Shown here: in pieces, positions 18,539 to 27,788 of the stretch
How positions within the stretch are numbered: the stretch's first letter is position 1
How the letters are laid out: each line of letters opens with the position of its first letter
From: a virus
Direction: 5' to 3' (one strand)
IMG/VR virus record: IMGVR_UViG_3300025941_000018
Span: 11,296-75,295 of that record
Length of the DNA: 64,000 nt
The notes under the pieces: generated by a model
What the model saw: the letters and a program-made list of their open reading frames with translations, nothing else
What the model was told of the DNA's origin: nothing
Database searches by the model: none
Translations under genes and position numbers: made by a program

Positions 18539-19843
18539 TTACTGAATAATCTTCGCCCCTCTCCGCAAAGCAATCGGCACATTGACGCCCAACACGTCGT
18601 ACACCCGGCCATCAGCCGAGAGCATTCGAACGGTGGCATTTGTGCCAGCGGCTTTCGGAGACTGGACGGACATGATGTTGGGTGCCTGAGCGGTGACCGT
18701 CGTTGTCGGCATTGAGGCTTGCTGAGTGTTGTCGATCATCGGAGCCATCGCGGGATCCTGAACGAGACCGCGTGATGCAACGTCAGGCAATCGGCCAAAG
18801 CGAGATTCGCCGTACATCTTGGCAACCTGGGCGCGAGGAAGTCGAACCAGACCAGCGCTCGTCGGCCCATAGGCCGCAGCCTCATAATCGGCAGGCTGAA
18901 CATTTGCCTGCACGTCAATTGGAGGCTGCATCATCCTAGACACTGTATCAGCGATATTGGTGCCCGATTGCATTCCTCGCCGATCCGCCGGGTGCGTCAT
19001 TTGATACGTGACTCTGTCAGCCTGGGACATGGCCTCATCTCCGCGTGCAGGACGTTCCCACACGCCGCCCGTCGTCGGAGTCCAGCCATTGGGCGCAATC
19101 ACATCGGGAGTTGGGGCACTGCTTGTGCCGGAGTTGCCCGACGGATTTAAGTTTTGGGATTGTGATACGTTTCGATGTGAGATTTGCATTTGCCGTTTAT
19201 CCGGATGCATGGTGGGCGGAGGGTTTAAGGCGCTCATCCAAACCCCAGTTTTCGGGTCCTGATAAACTGTTGCGTGAATCTCTTTGTAAGTCTGATCTTC
19301 CGGGTGAGGAGAGGGTAGAGCGTCTAGTTCAGTTTTGTACTGTTTTTTGCTCTCGACCGCGATGGATAACGGGTCGTTCTCGGCACCGTTTATAAGCTTG
19401 CTAAGCGCGTGACCAATTCCACCATTTTCTTTTATAAATTTATCAATCTCCGCAATATTTGACGTTAGTTCATTTCTTCGGTTCAACACATTGGCGTGCG
19501 CGGTAGAAACGTGGAAATCGCGCTCAAGATTCGCGACTGCATCGGAGTTTATGGCATTTAGACTGCGATCAATTTGCGGGTGCAATCCCGGATATGCACT
19601 GGAAGCGTAGCGCCCGGCTTTTGCGTCCATCAATGCCGAGCGCTCAATCGCCGGAGAATTGCCGGCGCCTTGCATGATTCCCAAAACTTGAAGTGCTCGC
19701 CCGCTAGCTACTCCCATTCCGCGCCCCATCGACTCAAGAGCCTGTTGGTCCATTTGCGCGTATTGAAGTTCACGCTGCTGTCGAAGGGCGGCTTCTCGGT
19801 CTGCTGCTGTTTGCGCAGCGCTGAATGTGTCGCCATAGGCCAT
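18539..19843 (-). CDS. Putative ejection / internal virion protein
   Basis: Position before giant gene; Q/A-rich; C-terminal VRMLSADG..YDV....V..A...GA motif. Confidence 0.6.
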   Translation of the reverse strand: MAYGDTFSAAQTAADREAALRQQRELQYAQMDQQALESMGRGMGVASGRALQVLGIMQGAGNSPAIERSALMDAKAGRYASSAYPGLHPQIDRSLNAINSDAVANLERDFHVSTAHANVLNRRNELTSNIAEIDKFIKENGGIGHALSKLINGAENDPLSIAVESKKQYKTELDALPSPHPEDQTYKEIHATVYQDPKTGVWMSALNPPPTMHPDKRQMQISHRNVSQSQNLNPSGNSGTSSAPTPDVIAPNGWTPTTGGVWERPARGDEAMSQADRVTYQMTHPADRRGMQSGTNIADTVSRMMQPPIDVQANVQPADYEAAAYGPTSAGLVRLPRAQVAKMYGESRFGRLPDVASRGLVQDPAMAPMIDNTQQASMPTTTVTAQAPNIMSVQSPKAAGTNATVRMLSADGRVYDVLGVNVPIALRRGAKIIQ

Positions 19844-19851
19844 GGTTGCTT

Positions 19852-20298
19852 TTAATCCTTCTTCATGATGTTTGCAAGTGTGGATTCGTGTTGCACCGTC
19901 CAGTTGATCTCGCGCAAAAGAGGGCTGAGTTCGCGCACAAGCTCAAACCCGCCGCAAATCGACGCCACCGCCAGCACCATCTCCGAACCAGCGAAGCGCA
20001 GGGTATCTGACCATTGCCGCTTCCAATCACACTTCTCTCCCTCCCACTTAACGCTATCGGCGTAGGCACTGGTGATCGTGGCAACCACCAGTTCTAATTC
20101 TCGGGCGTGTCGATTATAGAAGTTTGCTGAGTATAAAACATTGGCATGAATCAGAAGCTTGATCCAAATCTCAGTCGATTGGACTCGATTGTCGATAAGA
20201 TCATCAATCTCGTGGCAATAGTCACCCCACAATCCCAGCCAGTCGCGTGCTTCTGGATTTCCTGCCGCGGCTCGTTCGTGAAGTTCAGGCAAGGTCAC
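19852..20298 (-). CDS. DDxxD helical protein (class I isoprenoid-synthase-like half domain), paralog 1
   Basis: HEIDDLID; FY.RH; DSVKWE...WKRQW.D.LR; ICGG. Confidence 0.55.
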   Translation of the reverse strand: MTLPELHERAAAGNPEARDWLGLWGDYCHEIDDLIDNRVQSTEIWIKLLIHANVLYSANFYNRHARELELVVATITSAYADSVKWEGEKCDWKRQWSDTLRFAGSEMVLAVASICGGFELVRELSPLLREINWTVQHESTLANIMKKD

Positions 20299-20765
20299 GA
20301 AACGAGTTTCCTTTCCGGGGTTCCTGGCACGCCATGTTTATCAGCGTGGTAAACGTAACACATTGCCATCAACGGAGCGCTAATCCGGCGCATGCCCTCC
20401 CATCCGCCACAAATCATAGCCACTGCCAATATCACCTCGTTTCCAGAGTGCCGCAGCACATCGGCCCATTGCCGCTTCCAGGGTTCTGGCTCCTTTTCCC
20501 AACGAACGCTATCGGTCCACAAGTTCGTTGCGATCAAAACCGGCATTTGTAACTTGGCTACGTGCCGCACGTAAAACGGGTGCGAATAGAATTGGCACGC
20601 CATCATTAACACACGCAAAATATTTTCAGGTTCCCATTTCTGCTCATCACAAACATCATCCACTGCCCGAAGGTAGCACCCCCAGAGCCGCAAGAAATCT
20701 TCCGCGCCAGCCACGCCATTGGCAATTATTCCGTTCAGTTCCTGAATCGCGCTTGGCTCTTTCAT
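20295..20765 (-). CDS. DDxxD helical protein, paralog 2
   Basis: RAVDDVCD; FY.RH; DSVRWE...WKRQW.D.LR; ICGG. Confidence 0.55.
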   Translation of the reverse strand: MKEPSAIQELNGIIANGVAGAEDFLRLWGCYLRAVDDVCDEQKWEPENILRVLMMACQFYSHPFYVRHVAKLQMPVLIATNLWTDSVRWEKEPEPWKRQWADVLRHSGNEVILAVAMICGGWEGMRRISAPLMAMCYVYHADKHGVPGTPERKLVS

Positions 20766-21538
20766 GCCGCGTTGGCCCGATAAAATTGCTCCTGCACCTT
20801 CCATGCGCCTTTGAGTAGTTGTGGATTTTCAAACACCGCGAAATGATTCTCGCGCCAGTGGGTTTCGGGATAATGCGGACACACTAGGTCGGAGATGGTC
20901 CCGAAATTCAGATGGTCGTAAGCATCCAGGATGTCAGTCGTGAAAGGTTCTCCTCCAATCGCGTGGTACAGCAGCGAACATGTGTCGTAGAAATAATTGG
21001 TTTGCGGCATGGCCTTGCCGAATAGTTCCGGTGGGCCAACTGGATGAAACATTGGATAAAATAGGTTCGGCCTGGGATTGAATTGTGTTTCGGGAAACTG
21101 GCTGAAATATTTGGCTGTTTCCTCTTTAATCCGCTGCGGGTTCAGCCATAGTAGCGAAGTGTGCAGGCGGGGTCGCGTAATGCATTTGGTGAAGCTATCT
21201 CGAAACTGAGGAATGTAGCGTCCTGCCATAGGCACGGCGTCAAATTTGCAGTGCTCCACCTTATCCCAGAATACTACATCTGTATCGCATATCCAAAATG
21301 GAGCGTGCTCAATGTGCAGCAGATGCTCAATCCATTCATGGTGGATCGTCACGCCTTTTGGCAGTGGATTAAGTTCCGCCCCCGCTAGAAGTTTCGAGTC
21401 TCCCACGGCGAACTTTTGAATGTTGTCCCATGGAACAATCTCCGCTGATGGAAAACCGATGCGGATTGTGTCAAAAACCATCGTGCTAGCGCGGACTAAC
21501 TCCAGGTTGCGCAGGGTAACTAGAACATGAACATTCAT
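20762..21538 (-). CDS. GT-A glycosyltransferase-like protein
   Basis: WDN, HHEWI, WICDTDVVF (DxD), RLHTSLL, YDT, late H. Confidence 0.6.
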   Translation of the reverse strand: MNVHVLVTLRNLELVRASTMVFDTIRIGFPSAEIVPWDNIQKFAVGDSKLLAGAELNPLPKGVTIHHEWIEHLLHIEHAPFWICDTDVVFWDKVEHCKFDAVPMAGRYIPQFRDSFTKCITRPRLHTSLLWLNPQRIKEETAKYFSQFPETQFNPRPNLFYPMFHPVGPPELFGKAMPQTNYFYDTCSLLYHAIGGEPFTTDILDAYDHLNFGTISDLVCPHYPETHWRENHFAVFENPQLLKGAWKVQEQFYRANAA

Positions 21539-21885
21539 TGCTCAATATCGTCTGTCGCGCTGGCTGGCTTGCCATCGCCCGTCCACCATTCGAAATTAAG
21601 GAACCAGCCGTCCCCGCGGTCGGCATGAGCGCCATGCGCTTGCGCAGCGGTAACCGTATAGAACCGCACCCACGGCAAGGGGCGGTGTTTATTGGAGCCA
21701 TCGCGCGCAACGGATAGGTTTCGGTTTAGGAATACGAAACGGCTGATGATATTGGGGTGCCGGTGCGCTGGGATGGAGTGACCGAATGGACATGTCCAAA
21801 GTTCAATGCGGAGTCGGCCAATTGCCAAAAACAGCCAACCACTGCATTGTGGAGCTATGCTCGGTGCTGGAAGACGGGGAAACAT
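21535..21885 (-). CDS. Cupin-domain protein
   Basis: IPAHRHP and second-motif AHGA; beta-rich. Confidence 0.65.
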   Translation of the reverse strand: MFPRLPAPSIAPQCSGWLFLAIGRLRIELWTCPFGHSIPAHRHPNIISRFVFLNRNLSVARDGSNKHRPLPWVRFYTVTAAQAHGAHADRGDGWFLNFEWWTGDGKPASATDDIEQ

Positions 21886-22658
21886 CAGTAGGATTGCGCT
21901 GCGCTGCTCATAGTGGAAGCCATTTTGGCTTCGTCCTTATCCTGATAGCTCTGCAAATCGTTCAGGAATTTGCCCCAGCGCTGCATCCCTGTGGTTTTCT
22001 GCTGTACCCCGTAAATGTTGTTGGCCTCATCTATGGCGGTGAGGCTTCCGAGATTTCCAGCGTTCGCTCCGAACATTTGTTGGCGTGCGGTGGCAGGGAC
22101 GAGGCTGCGCTGCGCTAGAGTGTCAGCCATTCCCTGACGAGTACCAGCCATGCCGGTTTGCAGGCCCAACCGGCGATAATAATCCTGGCTTGCCTGATCT
22201 GCATCCTGCACCTGGGCTTGTAGTTGATATGGCAGCACCACCCCGGCGAGCAATCGGTCTCGGTAGGTGCCCCCGCTCCCATCTGATCCGACCATTGAGC
22301 GGTTGGCGGTAGCTTGCGCAAATCCCGACCGCCATTTGTTCATGTCCGTTGCAGCGCTCAATCTCCGCGCTCGAAGCCCCGCTTGGTCAGTTTCAAAACC
22401 ACCGTCATATAGTCGATTGAGCGGGGCCATCTCCTCTTCGGTGCGCTTTCCGGCATCGGCGCTGCCTGCCAGGTATTTGGAGATATAATCTCCCAGAGCC
22501 GCCTGTCCTGCCGTGCGGTTCGAGTCAAAATCCCCCAGCAGCGCATTCTCGCGGGAGGCAATGCCAGGGCTCTTGGTATTCCTCAATGTGCGAAACTTCG
22601 GGTCTCCCGAAAAATCGTTAAACGCGCTGCCGCCGATTCCGAAAAGACTTCCAGTCAT
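21885..22658 (-). CDS. Putative DNA ejection / pilot protein
   Basis: Gly/Ala/Gln-rich, follows GNAT and nozzle as in podoviruses. Confidence 0.55.
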   Translation of the reverse strand: MTGSLFGIGGSAFNDFSGDPKFRTLRNTKSPGIASRENALLGDFDSNRTAGQAALGDYISKYLAGSADAGKRTEEEMAPLNRLYDGGFETDQAGLRARRLSAATDMNKWRSGFAQATANRSMVGSDGSGGTYRDRLLAGVVLPYQLQAQVQDADQASQDYYRRLGLQTGMAGTRQGMADTLAQRSLVPATARQQMFGANAGNLGSLTAIDEANNIYGVQQKTTGMQRWGKFLNDLQSYQDKDEAKMASTMSSAAQSY

Positions 22659-22723
22659 AGATTAGCCTTTGACGCTCTGAATCATGTGCTCATTTAGCCC
22701 GATAATGACTGCTTGGCAATAAA

Positions 22724-23140
22724 TTAAACGTCAAAGCACCAACTGCCTTCAAATTCCCGGCCAGCTAATTTACGGTAATACTTGCCGATCCTGTGGTTGG
22801 GCGGATGACTAGCGGCAATAACGCGCACGGCCCCGCCACGCTCGCATTCATCCATCAACGCCTCGAAAATCATTATCTCCCGTGCTCGTTCAAAACACCA
22901 AAATTGAACATACGCAAACTTTACCGACTTGTTAAATGGAAACTGGTGTGCAAAAGCGCCAGCGCAGGAACGCGGACCGACCAGGCAGATACCCCGCAAT
23001 ACTGTATCCTTTACCGTCTCGACCGCCGATGGGTAATCGAACGGAACCTGGTAAGCCGCAATCCCAATTTTGGCGTAGAATCGGCCAAGCATCTGCGCCA
23101 CTCGCTCAACGTCGCCGAGTTGTGCGCGGCGAAACGTCAT
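22724..23140 (-). CDS. GNAT-like acetyltransferase
   Basis: FRRA..GD start, FW, E..GA, YYRKL; usual position after podovirus nozzle. Confidence 0.6.
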   Translation of the reverse strand: MTFRRAQLGDVERVAQMLGRFYAKIGIAAYQVPFDYPSAVETVKDTVLRGICLVGPRSCAGAFAHQFPFNKSVKFAYVQFWCFERAREIMIFEALMDECERGGAVRVIAASHPPNHRIGKYYRKLAGREFEGSWCFDV

Positions 23141-23400
23141 TCGGCAGGTTCGTAGGTTGCCGCGAAGATGTCAGGCTTGCAAGGATACAGCTCGCCTTTC
23201 ACCCCCCTGATTATCCAGTCGCCGACGTTGGCAGTCATGGTTCCTTCCATCGTTTTAATGGAAAGAGTGTCACCACTAAGTTGAATCACATCGCGTTCTT
23301 CCGCTTCAGCAAACCACATTGGCCCAGGAGGGCAGACTATCTTTTTGTTGAGCCATTGGACGGCTTCGATGACGACGGGTTTCTTGCGATATTTTGCCAT
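23137..23400 (-). CDS. Conserved phage protein (RKKPVVIEA / PGDYG-like)
   Basis: [12 protein letters not shown]...TMEG...[22 protein letters not shown]. Confidence 0.85.
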   Translation of the reverse strand: MAKYRKKPVVIEAVQWLNKKIVCPPGPMWFAEAEERDVIQLSGDTLSIKTMEGTMTANVGDWIIRGVKGELYPCKPDIFAATYEPAE

Positions 23401-23406
23401 ATAAAA

Positions 23407-23616
23407 TTAAGGCTTACTGACTGCCGCCTGTCCCGGCACTCGCTCGACGAGTTGGCGCTCGAAGTTTTGTCGCCAAACTTCCATTTCGGTGTTGAACTTC
23501 GCGACATCGTCGGAAGTTAAAACCTTTCCGTTGGCAACCGACAGCTTCGGCATAGCCGGCACGCGCAGGGCGTTGGTGGCGAGCGGAGACGAGAATTTGG
23601 CGAGCGGGTTAGCCAT
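23407..23616 (-). CDS. Hypothetical virion-region protein
   Basis: In-operon ORF. Confidence 0.55.
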   Translation of the reverse strand: MANPLAKFSSPLATNALRVPAMPKLSVANGKVLTSDDVAKFNTEMEVWRQNFERQLVERVPGQAAVSKP

Positions 23617-23974
23617 TGCAGACGGGCCTTCCGGTGTTTGGAATTACTTGAACACAGCGGTCGTCCCAGAGTTCGACCATCCCAAAATCCTTGACGTTTG
23701 TAATCTCCAATACCTGACCAACGTGCTTTGCGCACCAGTTCTGAATAGGAGTTATCGCATCCTCAACGCCTCCACCGACCAGCGGCGCTCCATGACCATG
23801 AACGCGGGCTGTGAAGATTTTTACGGTCTTACCTTCCGACAACCACCCCTTTACACGATCGAGCATTGCGGGAATGGGTTCTCCTATGTCCGTTACGCCC
23901 TTCCACCCGCCGTAGAAGGCGAGAGTGCCATCGAGATCCACGCCTATCCACCCTTGATTCATAGTCATCCCCAT
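23609..23974 (-). CDS. HAD-family phosphatase-like protein
   Basis: GVDLDGTLA, IFTAR, TNVK, WDDR. Confidence 0.85.
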   Translation of the reverse strand: MGMTMNQGWIGVDLDGTLAFYGGWKGVTDIGEPIPAMLDRVKGWLSEGKTVKIFTARVHGHGAPLVGGGVEDAITPIQNWCAKHVGQVLEITNVKDFGMVELWDDRCVQVIPNTGRPVCNG

Positions 23975-26241
23975 TTGTTGCCGATTTCAATTCTTCCCAC
24001 CGAACCGATGACCTTCGAAAGCAAGGCGTTGCCGCCCGTTCCGGCAATCTTCAATTCGAAATGTAGAATCGGTCCTTTGCGGAAGAATCTCCAGGTCAGG
24101 TTCTCCGCCGGGATGGTGTTCGCCGTAAGATGCTGCGCTGGCGTGCGTGCGGTCAGAATCCGCAAAGGCTGCAGGCTGTGCTGAAACCAGACTATTCGCG
24201 CCGTGTCGAAATTGGCATCCGCAGGCTGGCCTGAAATGCCGATGCGCAGCCCGATGTTAGTAGGGGTCGCCTGAACTTCCGCGACGTAATCCAACTGGAA
24301 TTGGTTCGCTTCCACCCAGGCGCCGTCCACGAAGACCTGCGCCAATCTCAAAATCGAATCATACCCGGCCAGGATGTAACTGCCCACCGAGGATGTATAG
24401 CCATCGGTGCCGACATCACCGGTCGCCGTCGGGTTAGCGCAGTTCTCGCGGTAAAACACCGTCGCGCCAGCCATTTGCTTCAAACACCAGTCCACTGAAT
24501 CAGCCATGACTAACAAGCTGGGGCCTTCGCACTTCGGGCATTGGTCATCCAGCTTGCGATCTCCCAGCAGGGCGCAAAGCGAATGTTCACTCGGGTTCGC
24601 CTGGTTCCAGTCCTCCACTGTTATCGCCGGGTCCAATGACTGATCGACGTCCGAATAAAACCGGTCAGGCACAAATGCCGCTGTGGTCGGCGGAAACACG
24701 CGGGGGAGACCTTCTGACACGTAATCGTAGCCCAATGCTCGAAGGCCTGCCAGATCGCAAATCTGGTTCTCCAGGATGAAATCGCGAATGGTCGGCACGG
24801 CGGCCGGGCGATGGTTGCACAGCGCCGTAAACCCGTGGTCGATGACATCCGCCACTTCATACTTCAGATTTAGCCTTATTCCGCGATTCGGGCAGTTATT
24901 GGCCACGCCTTCGTCTGCGCTGAAAATCAGAATTTCATCCCCTAACTGTCCTGCGATATGAACCTGGCAGTTGGTCGAGTCGATGACGTATCCGCTGTCA
25001 TCCGGCCCGTACAGCCATTTGCCGGCGCGATCCATCCATTCCACCCGCTCAGGTGCCGACATGAACTGGCTGAAGGAATAGATGCCATCTTCGGCCATGT
25101 AAATGTGCCCGTGCGAAATCGTGTTGCTGAGCGTGTTCGGATACTTCAGCAGGCCTTTGCCCTTATTGTCTTCGCCGTTGTAACAGCGCCGGAAGGCAAA
25201 GCTTTCTTCACCGCCGACCGCCGTCATCTCCCAGATGCCGTGGGTCGTGTAGATCAGGAAACCGTTCACCGACGGTGCGCCGCCTAGTATCCGCTCGTGG
25301 GTCTGAAGGTCGAACGAACCAGTGATGCTGTCGGCCTGCGCCGGGTCAAATCCCAGCGGGTTTAAGTAGTCGCTCCACAATAGCCGATACCCGTAACGCT
25401 GGTTGTCCATCGTGACATCGGCAAAGAACAAACAGTTTTTCCACACCCAGACCACCGCAGCGCGCGTCAGGTTAATAAGGTCCAGGTCGGGGAAAGTCTG
25501 CAGCCCGGGGATGACCTTGGGCATGATATGGCCACCACCGTCATAGACAAACGTGCCCGCCGGGACCGTCGCGCCGCCCGCTCCAACCGAAAACCGATTC
25601 AATGTCACCGGGTTTACTCCTGGGCCAAACGTGTCGTAGGTAATCCCATTGATCGTAAATGCCGTGGTGATTGGAATAGCCTCGGGATAATTGAAGTTCA
25701 CTGCCACGGTCCCGCCACCAGCCGGCTCAACGAAGTTCTCCGTCACCATGACATCGAGACTCGGGGGCTGCTCGAGGATGTGATACATCGGCTTGTCGTA
25801 GTCATTGGTGAAAATCAAGTAATCGCCGAGCTGAGCAGCCTTGAACCGTGGCGCCGCAGCACTGGTCACCAGGTCGCCACCGTAGCCGCTGCCAATCATC
25901 TTCCAATTGCCGCTATACCCGTTCAGCTTGAACACTGCCCCTTGTTTGGCCGCCCATAATGACCGGACCTTTTGTGTCGATTCAGCTTCGAAGAGCAGCG
26001 TCAATGGTTGGCGGATCGAGTTGCTATCGAACGCCAGCAGTTGGTCGTGGAAATCTTCGTTGTTGTAGTCGCTGGTGCGGTTCAGGAACTTGTCCCAGCC
26101 GACCCCTCGGCGAAGCTTGCCCTGGCCGACGCATTGCAGGTTCTGCCGCATCCGTAGCCCATTGGGTGGAATTGCGTCAGGGCTGGACTTAACATCCAGC
26201 GGACCAGTCAGTGGGGCCAGTGGGATGCCGCGGACGCTCAT
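23965..26241 (-). CDS. Tail nozzle / stabilization protein (P22 gp10-like)
   Basis: 758 aa beta-rich, LLWSD..NP propeller-type motif, position between fibre and ejection genes. Confidence 0.65.
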   Translation of the reverse strand: MSVRGIPLAPLTGPLDVKSSPDAIPPNGLRMRQNLQCVGQGKLRRGVGWDKFLNRTSDYNNEDFHDQLLAFDSNSIRQPLTLLFEAESTQKVRSLWAAKQGAVFKLNGYSGNWKMIGSGYGGDLVTSAAAPRFKAAQLGDYLIFTNDYDKPMYHILEQPPSLDVMVTENFVEPAGGGTVAVNFNYPEAIPITTAFTINGITYDTFGPGVNPVTLNRFSVGAGGATVPAGTFVYDGGGHIMPKVIPGLQTFPDLDLINLTRAAVVWVWKNCLFFADVTMDNQRYGYRLLWSDYLNPLGFDPAQADSITGSFDLQTHERILGGAPSVNGFLIYTTHGIWEMTAVGGEESFAFRRCYNGEDNKGKGLLKYPNTLSNTISHGHIYMAEDGIYSFSQFMSAPERVEWMDRAGKWLYGPDDSGYVIDSTNCQVHIAGQLGDEILIFSADEGVANNCPNRGIRLNLKYEVADVIDHGFTALCNHRPAAVPTIRDFILENQICDLAGLRALGYDYVSEGLPRVFPPTTAAFVPDRFYSDVDQSLDPAITVEDWNQANPSEHSLCALLGDRKLDDQCPKCEGPSLLVMADSVDWCLKQMAGATVFYRENCANPTATGDVGTDGYTSSVGSYILAGYDSILRLAQVFVDGAWVEANQFQLDYVAEVQATPTNIGLRIGISGQPADANFDTARIVWFQHSLQPLRILTARTPAQHLTANTIPAENLTWRFFRKGPILHFELKIAGTGGNALLSKVIGSVGRIEIGNKWG

Positions 26242-26242
26242 A

Positions 26243-26983
26243 CTATGTTTTAATATAGTGGTATGCGCCTATCAGTGGCGGAAGGTTATTGTGCCCAGAA
26301 ACAGGCGGCACCGGGGAAGGCTGGTTCATGGTCGCCGTGCGAGCGTAATTGCCCAAGGTGTGACCGAGCAAACTGTCAAGCGTGCTGACCGCTGGAGAAT
26401 CTCCCGCGCCCGTGCGTTCGCAGGTTCCGGTTGGGGGGACCGCTCCCGGGCTTCCGGTCAGCAACCATGCCGCAGTGTTACCGCCAGACAGATCGAACCG
26501 GCCAACGATATGCACGTGGTCCGGAGTGACCGATTCCTCCGCCGGCAGAAGCACATGCAATTCTTCCCCCTTCTCTTCGCCAATTCCGATTGAGTCACCA
26601 CTGTCGTAAGTGCCCACCCCGGCCAGGGACCGAGTGCGGCAGTCCGGAAGCACGAATTCCAACGGGTCGCTCGATGTTCCGAAGCTGTCGCCGATCGCGG
26701 CATACAATAGCGGGTAAGTTGCTTTGACCACTTGCCGCCCATCGCACAGCAGCCAGTTGTCGTCGTCTCCGAGCAGCACGAAGCTGCTCATAATCATTCC
26801 GGTCGCGAAGATCTCGCGCTTTGCGGCTGGGGAAATTTTTCCCGTCTCAGTAGTGAACCAAGACATCCACTGAAAAATTCGCACGGGGAGTTGGAGTAAA
26901 GTCTTAACGAAGTTCGAACACATCGTTGCCGACGGATCGCTAATCATCGATTTCCAAACGGAATTTACAACAGGTGCAGCCAT
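26243..26983 (-). CDS. Tail fibre protein with phage tail-collar domain
   Basis: WLLCDG...YPLLYAAIG...FVLPD.R...GEE.H.L...H.H...HNNLPP..IKT. Confidence 0.88.
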   Translation of the reverse strand: MAAPVVNSVWKSMISDPSATMCSNFVKTLLQLPVRIFQWMSWFTTETGKISPAAKREIFATGMIMSSFVLLGDDDNWLLCDGRQVVKATYPLLYAAIGDSFGTSSDPLEFVLPDCRTRSLAGVGTYDSGDSIGIGEEKGEELHVLLPAEESVTPDHVHIVGRFDLSGGNTAAWLLTGSPGAVPPTGTCERTGAGDSPAVSTLDSLLGHTLGNYARTATMNQPSPVPPVSGHNNLPPLIGAYHYIKT

Positions 26984-27017
26984 GTCCGCTTATACGCCCT
27001 TGCGCCAAATCGCGCAA
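26981..27017 (-). promoter_or_regulatory. Leaderless-type promoter
   Basis: TTGCGC-17-TATAAG, 5 nt to ATG. Confidence 0.55.
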
Positions 27018-27067
27018 CTGATTTTACCACATCATCTCATCGCCAGCCTTGGGGATTTGGTCATTGT

Positions 27068-27532
27068 TTAGGGATAGACGAGGATTTCGATACCATCACC
27101 AATCACTGCATTAAGATGACCATCGGCGGCATCTCCGTTTTCATCGGATGTAAAAATCTCCACAACATCATCGTTTTCTAAATTTACAGTCTGATTTCCG
27201 CCGTTGAAGCTCATTCTAGTCGAAGCCAAAACCATGAATACTTTTCGGCTAGCAAATACTCCAGCGAGCGTTCCGTCATAAGTCCCTGCGGACGCTCTGG
27301 TCCAGACTAATGTTCCACCCAGAGAATTCTCCAACACCGTTGCCACCGGAGCATCTGTCCCTGATTGAGAGAGCAAAGCTCGGTAAACTTTGACGCCACC
27401 GTTGAGCAGGGATTTGAGTTCGTCAATCGTCATGTTATCGACTGCTGGCGCTCCGTCTGGATTGGTTACTTTGGTGATGAGATCGGTGAGCGCAAAGGTC
27501 GTCGCGCGCGGCAATAGTCGCATCTTCGGCAT
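27068..27532 (-). CDS. Fibre/decoration-like protein
   Basis: K..LLP.ATT start; YRALLSQSGT.AP...LEN.LG motif. Confidence 0.6.
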   Translation of the reverse strand: MPKMRLLPRATTFALTDLITKVTNPDGAPAVDNMTIDELKSLLNGGVKVYRALLSQSGTDAPVATVLENSLGGTLVWTRASAGTYDGTLAGVFASRKVFMVLASTRMSFNGGNQTVNLENDDVVEIFTSDENGDAADGHLNAVIGDGIEILVYP

Positions 27533-27536
27533 AAAA

Positions 27537-27764
27537 TTATTCGATTAAAATGGGTTCTCCATCCTCGGTCAGAATTTCCTCACCGTCTTCGGTAAGAATC
27601 GCGTCGGGATCGACATCGCCTTCATCAGACCCGCCGCCAGCCGCGCCGGTCCATCCAGTTGGAGGACTTTGCGACTCTCCGCCCGAATGACGAGCACACT
27701 CATGGGCGGGGTCTGGATGCCGCAAAGAGGGCACATAGTTGATCCCATTACCGTCGCCGTTCAT
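27537..27764 (-). CDS. HPDPA-family small protein with ILTEDG repeats
   Basis: YVPSLRHPDPAHEC..HSGGE; ILTEDGE x2; own promoter TTGCCG-17-TAATGT 6 nt before ATG. Confidence 0.75.
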   Translation of the reverse strand: MNGDGNGINYVPSLRHPDPAHECARHSGGESQSPPTGWTGAAGGGSDEGDVDPDAILTEDGEEILTEDGEPILIE

Positions 27765-27788
27765 GGCGGCACATTACGCCGCTCGCGG

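Noticed and set aside
18212-18715. 167-aa + strand ORF
   Set aside because: TTG start, S/R/G-rich non-globular sequence, runs through hairpins and overlaps a real gene antisense
22662-22685. 7-codon in-frame uORF (MIQSVKG) after a promoter-like TTGCCA-17-TAAATG
   Set aside because: Too short to separate from chance or a single-base error
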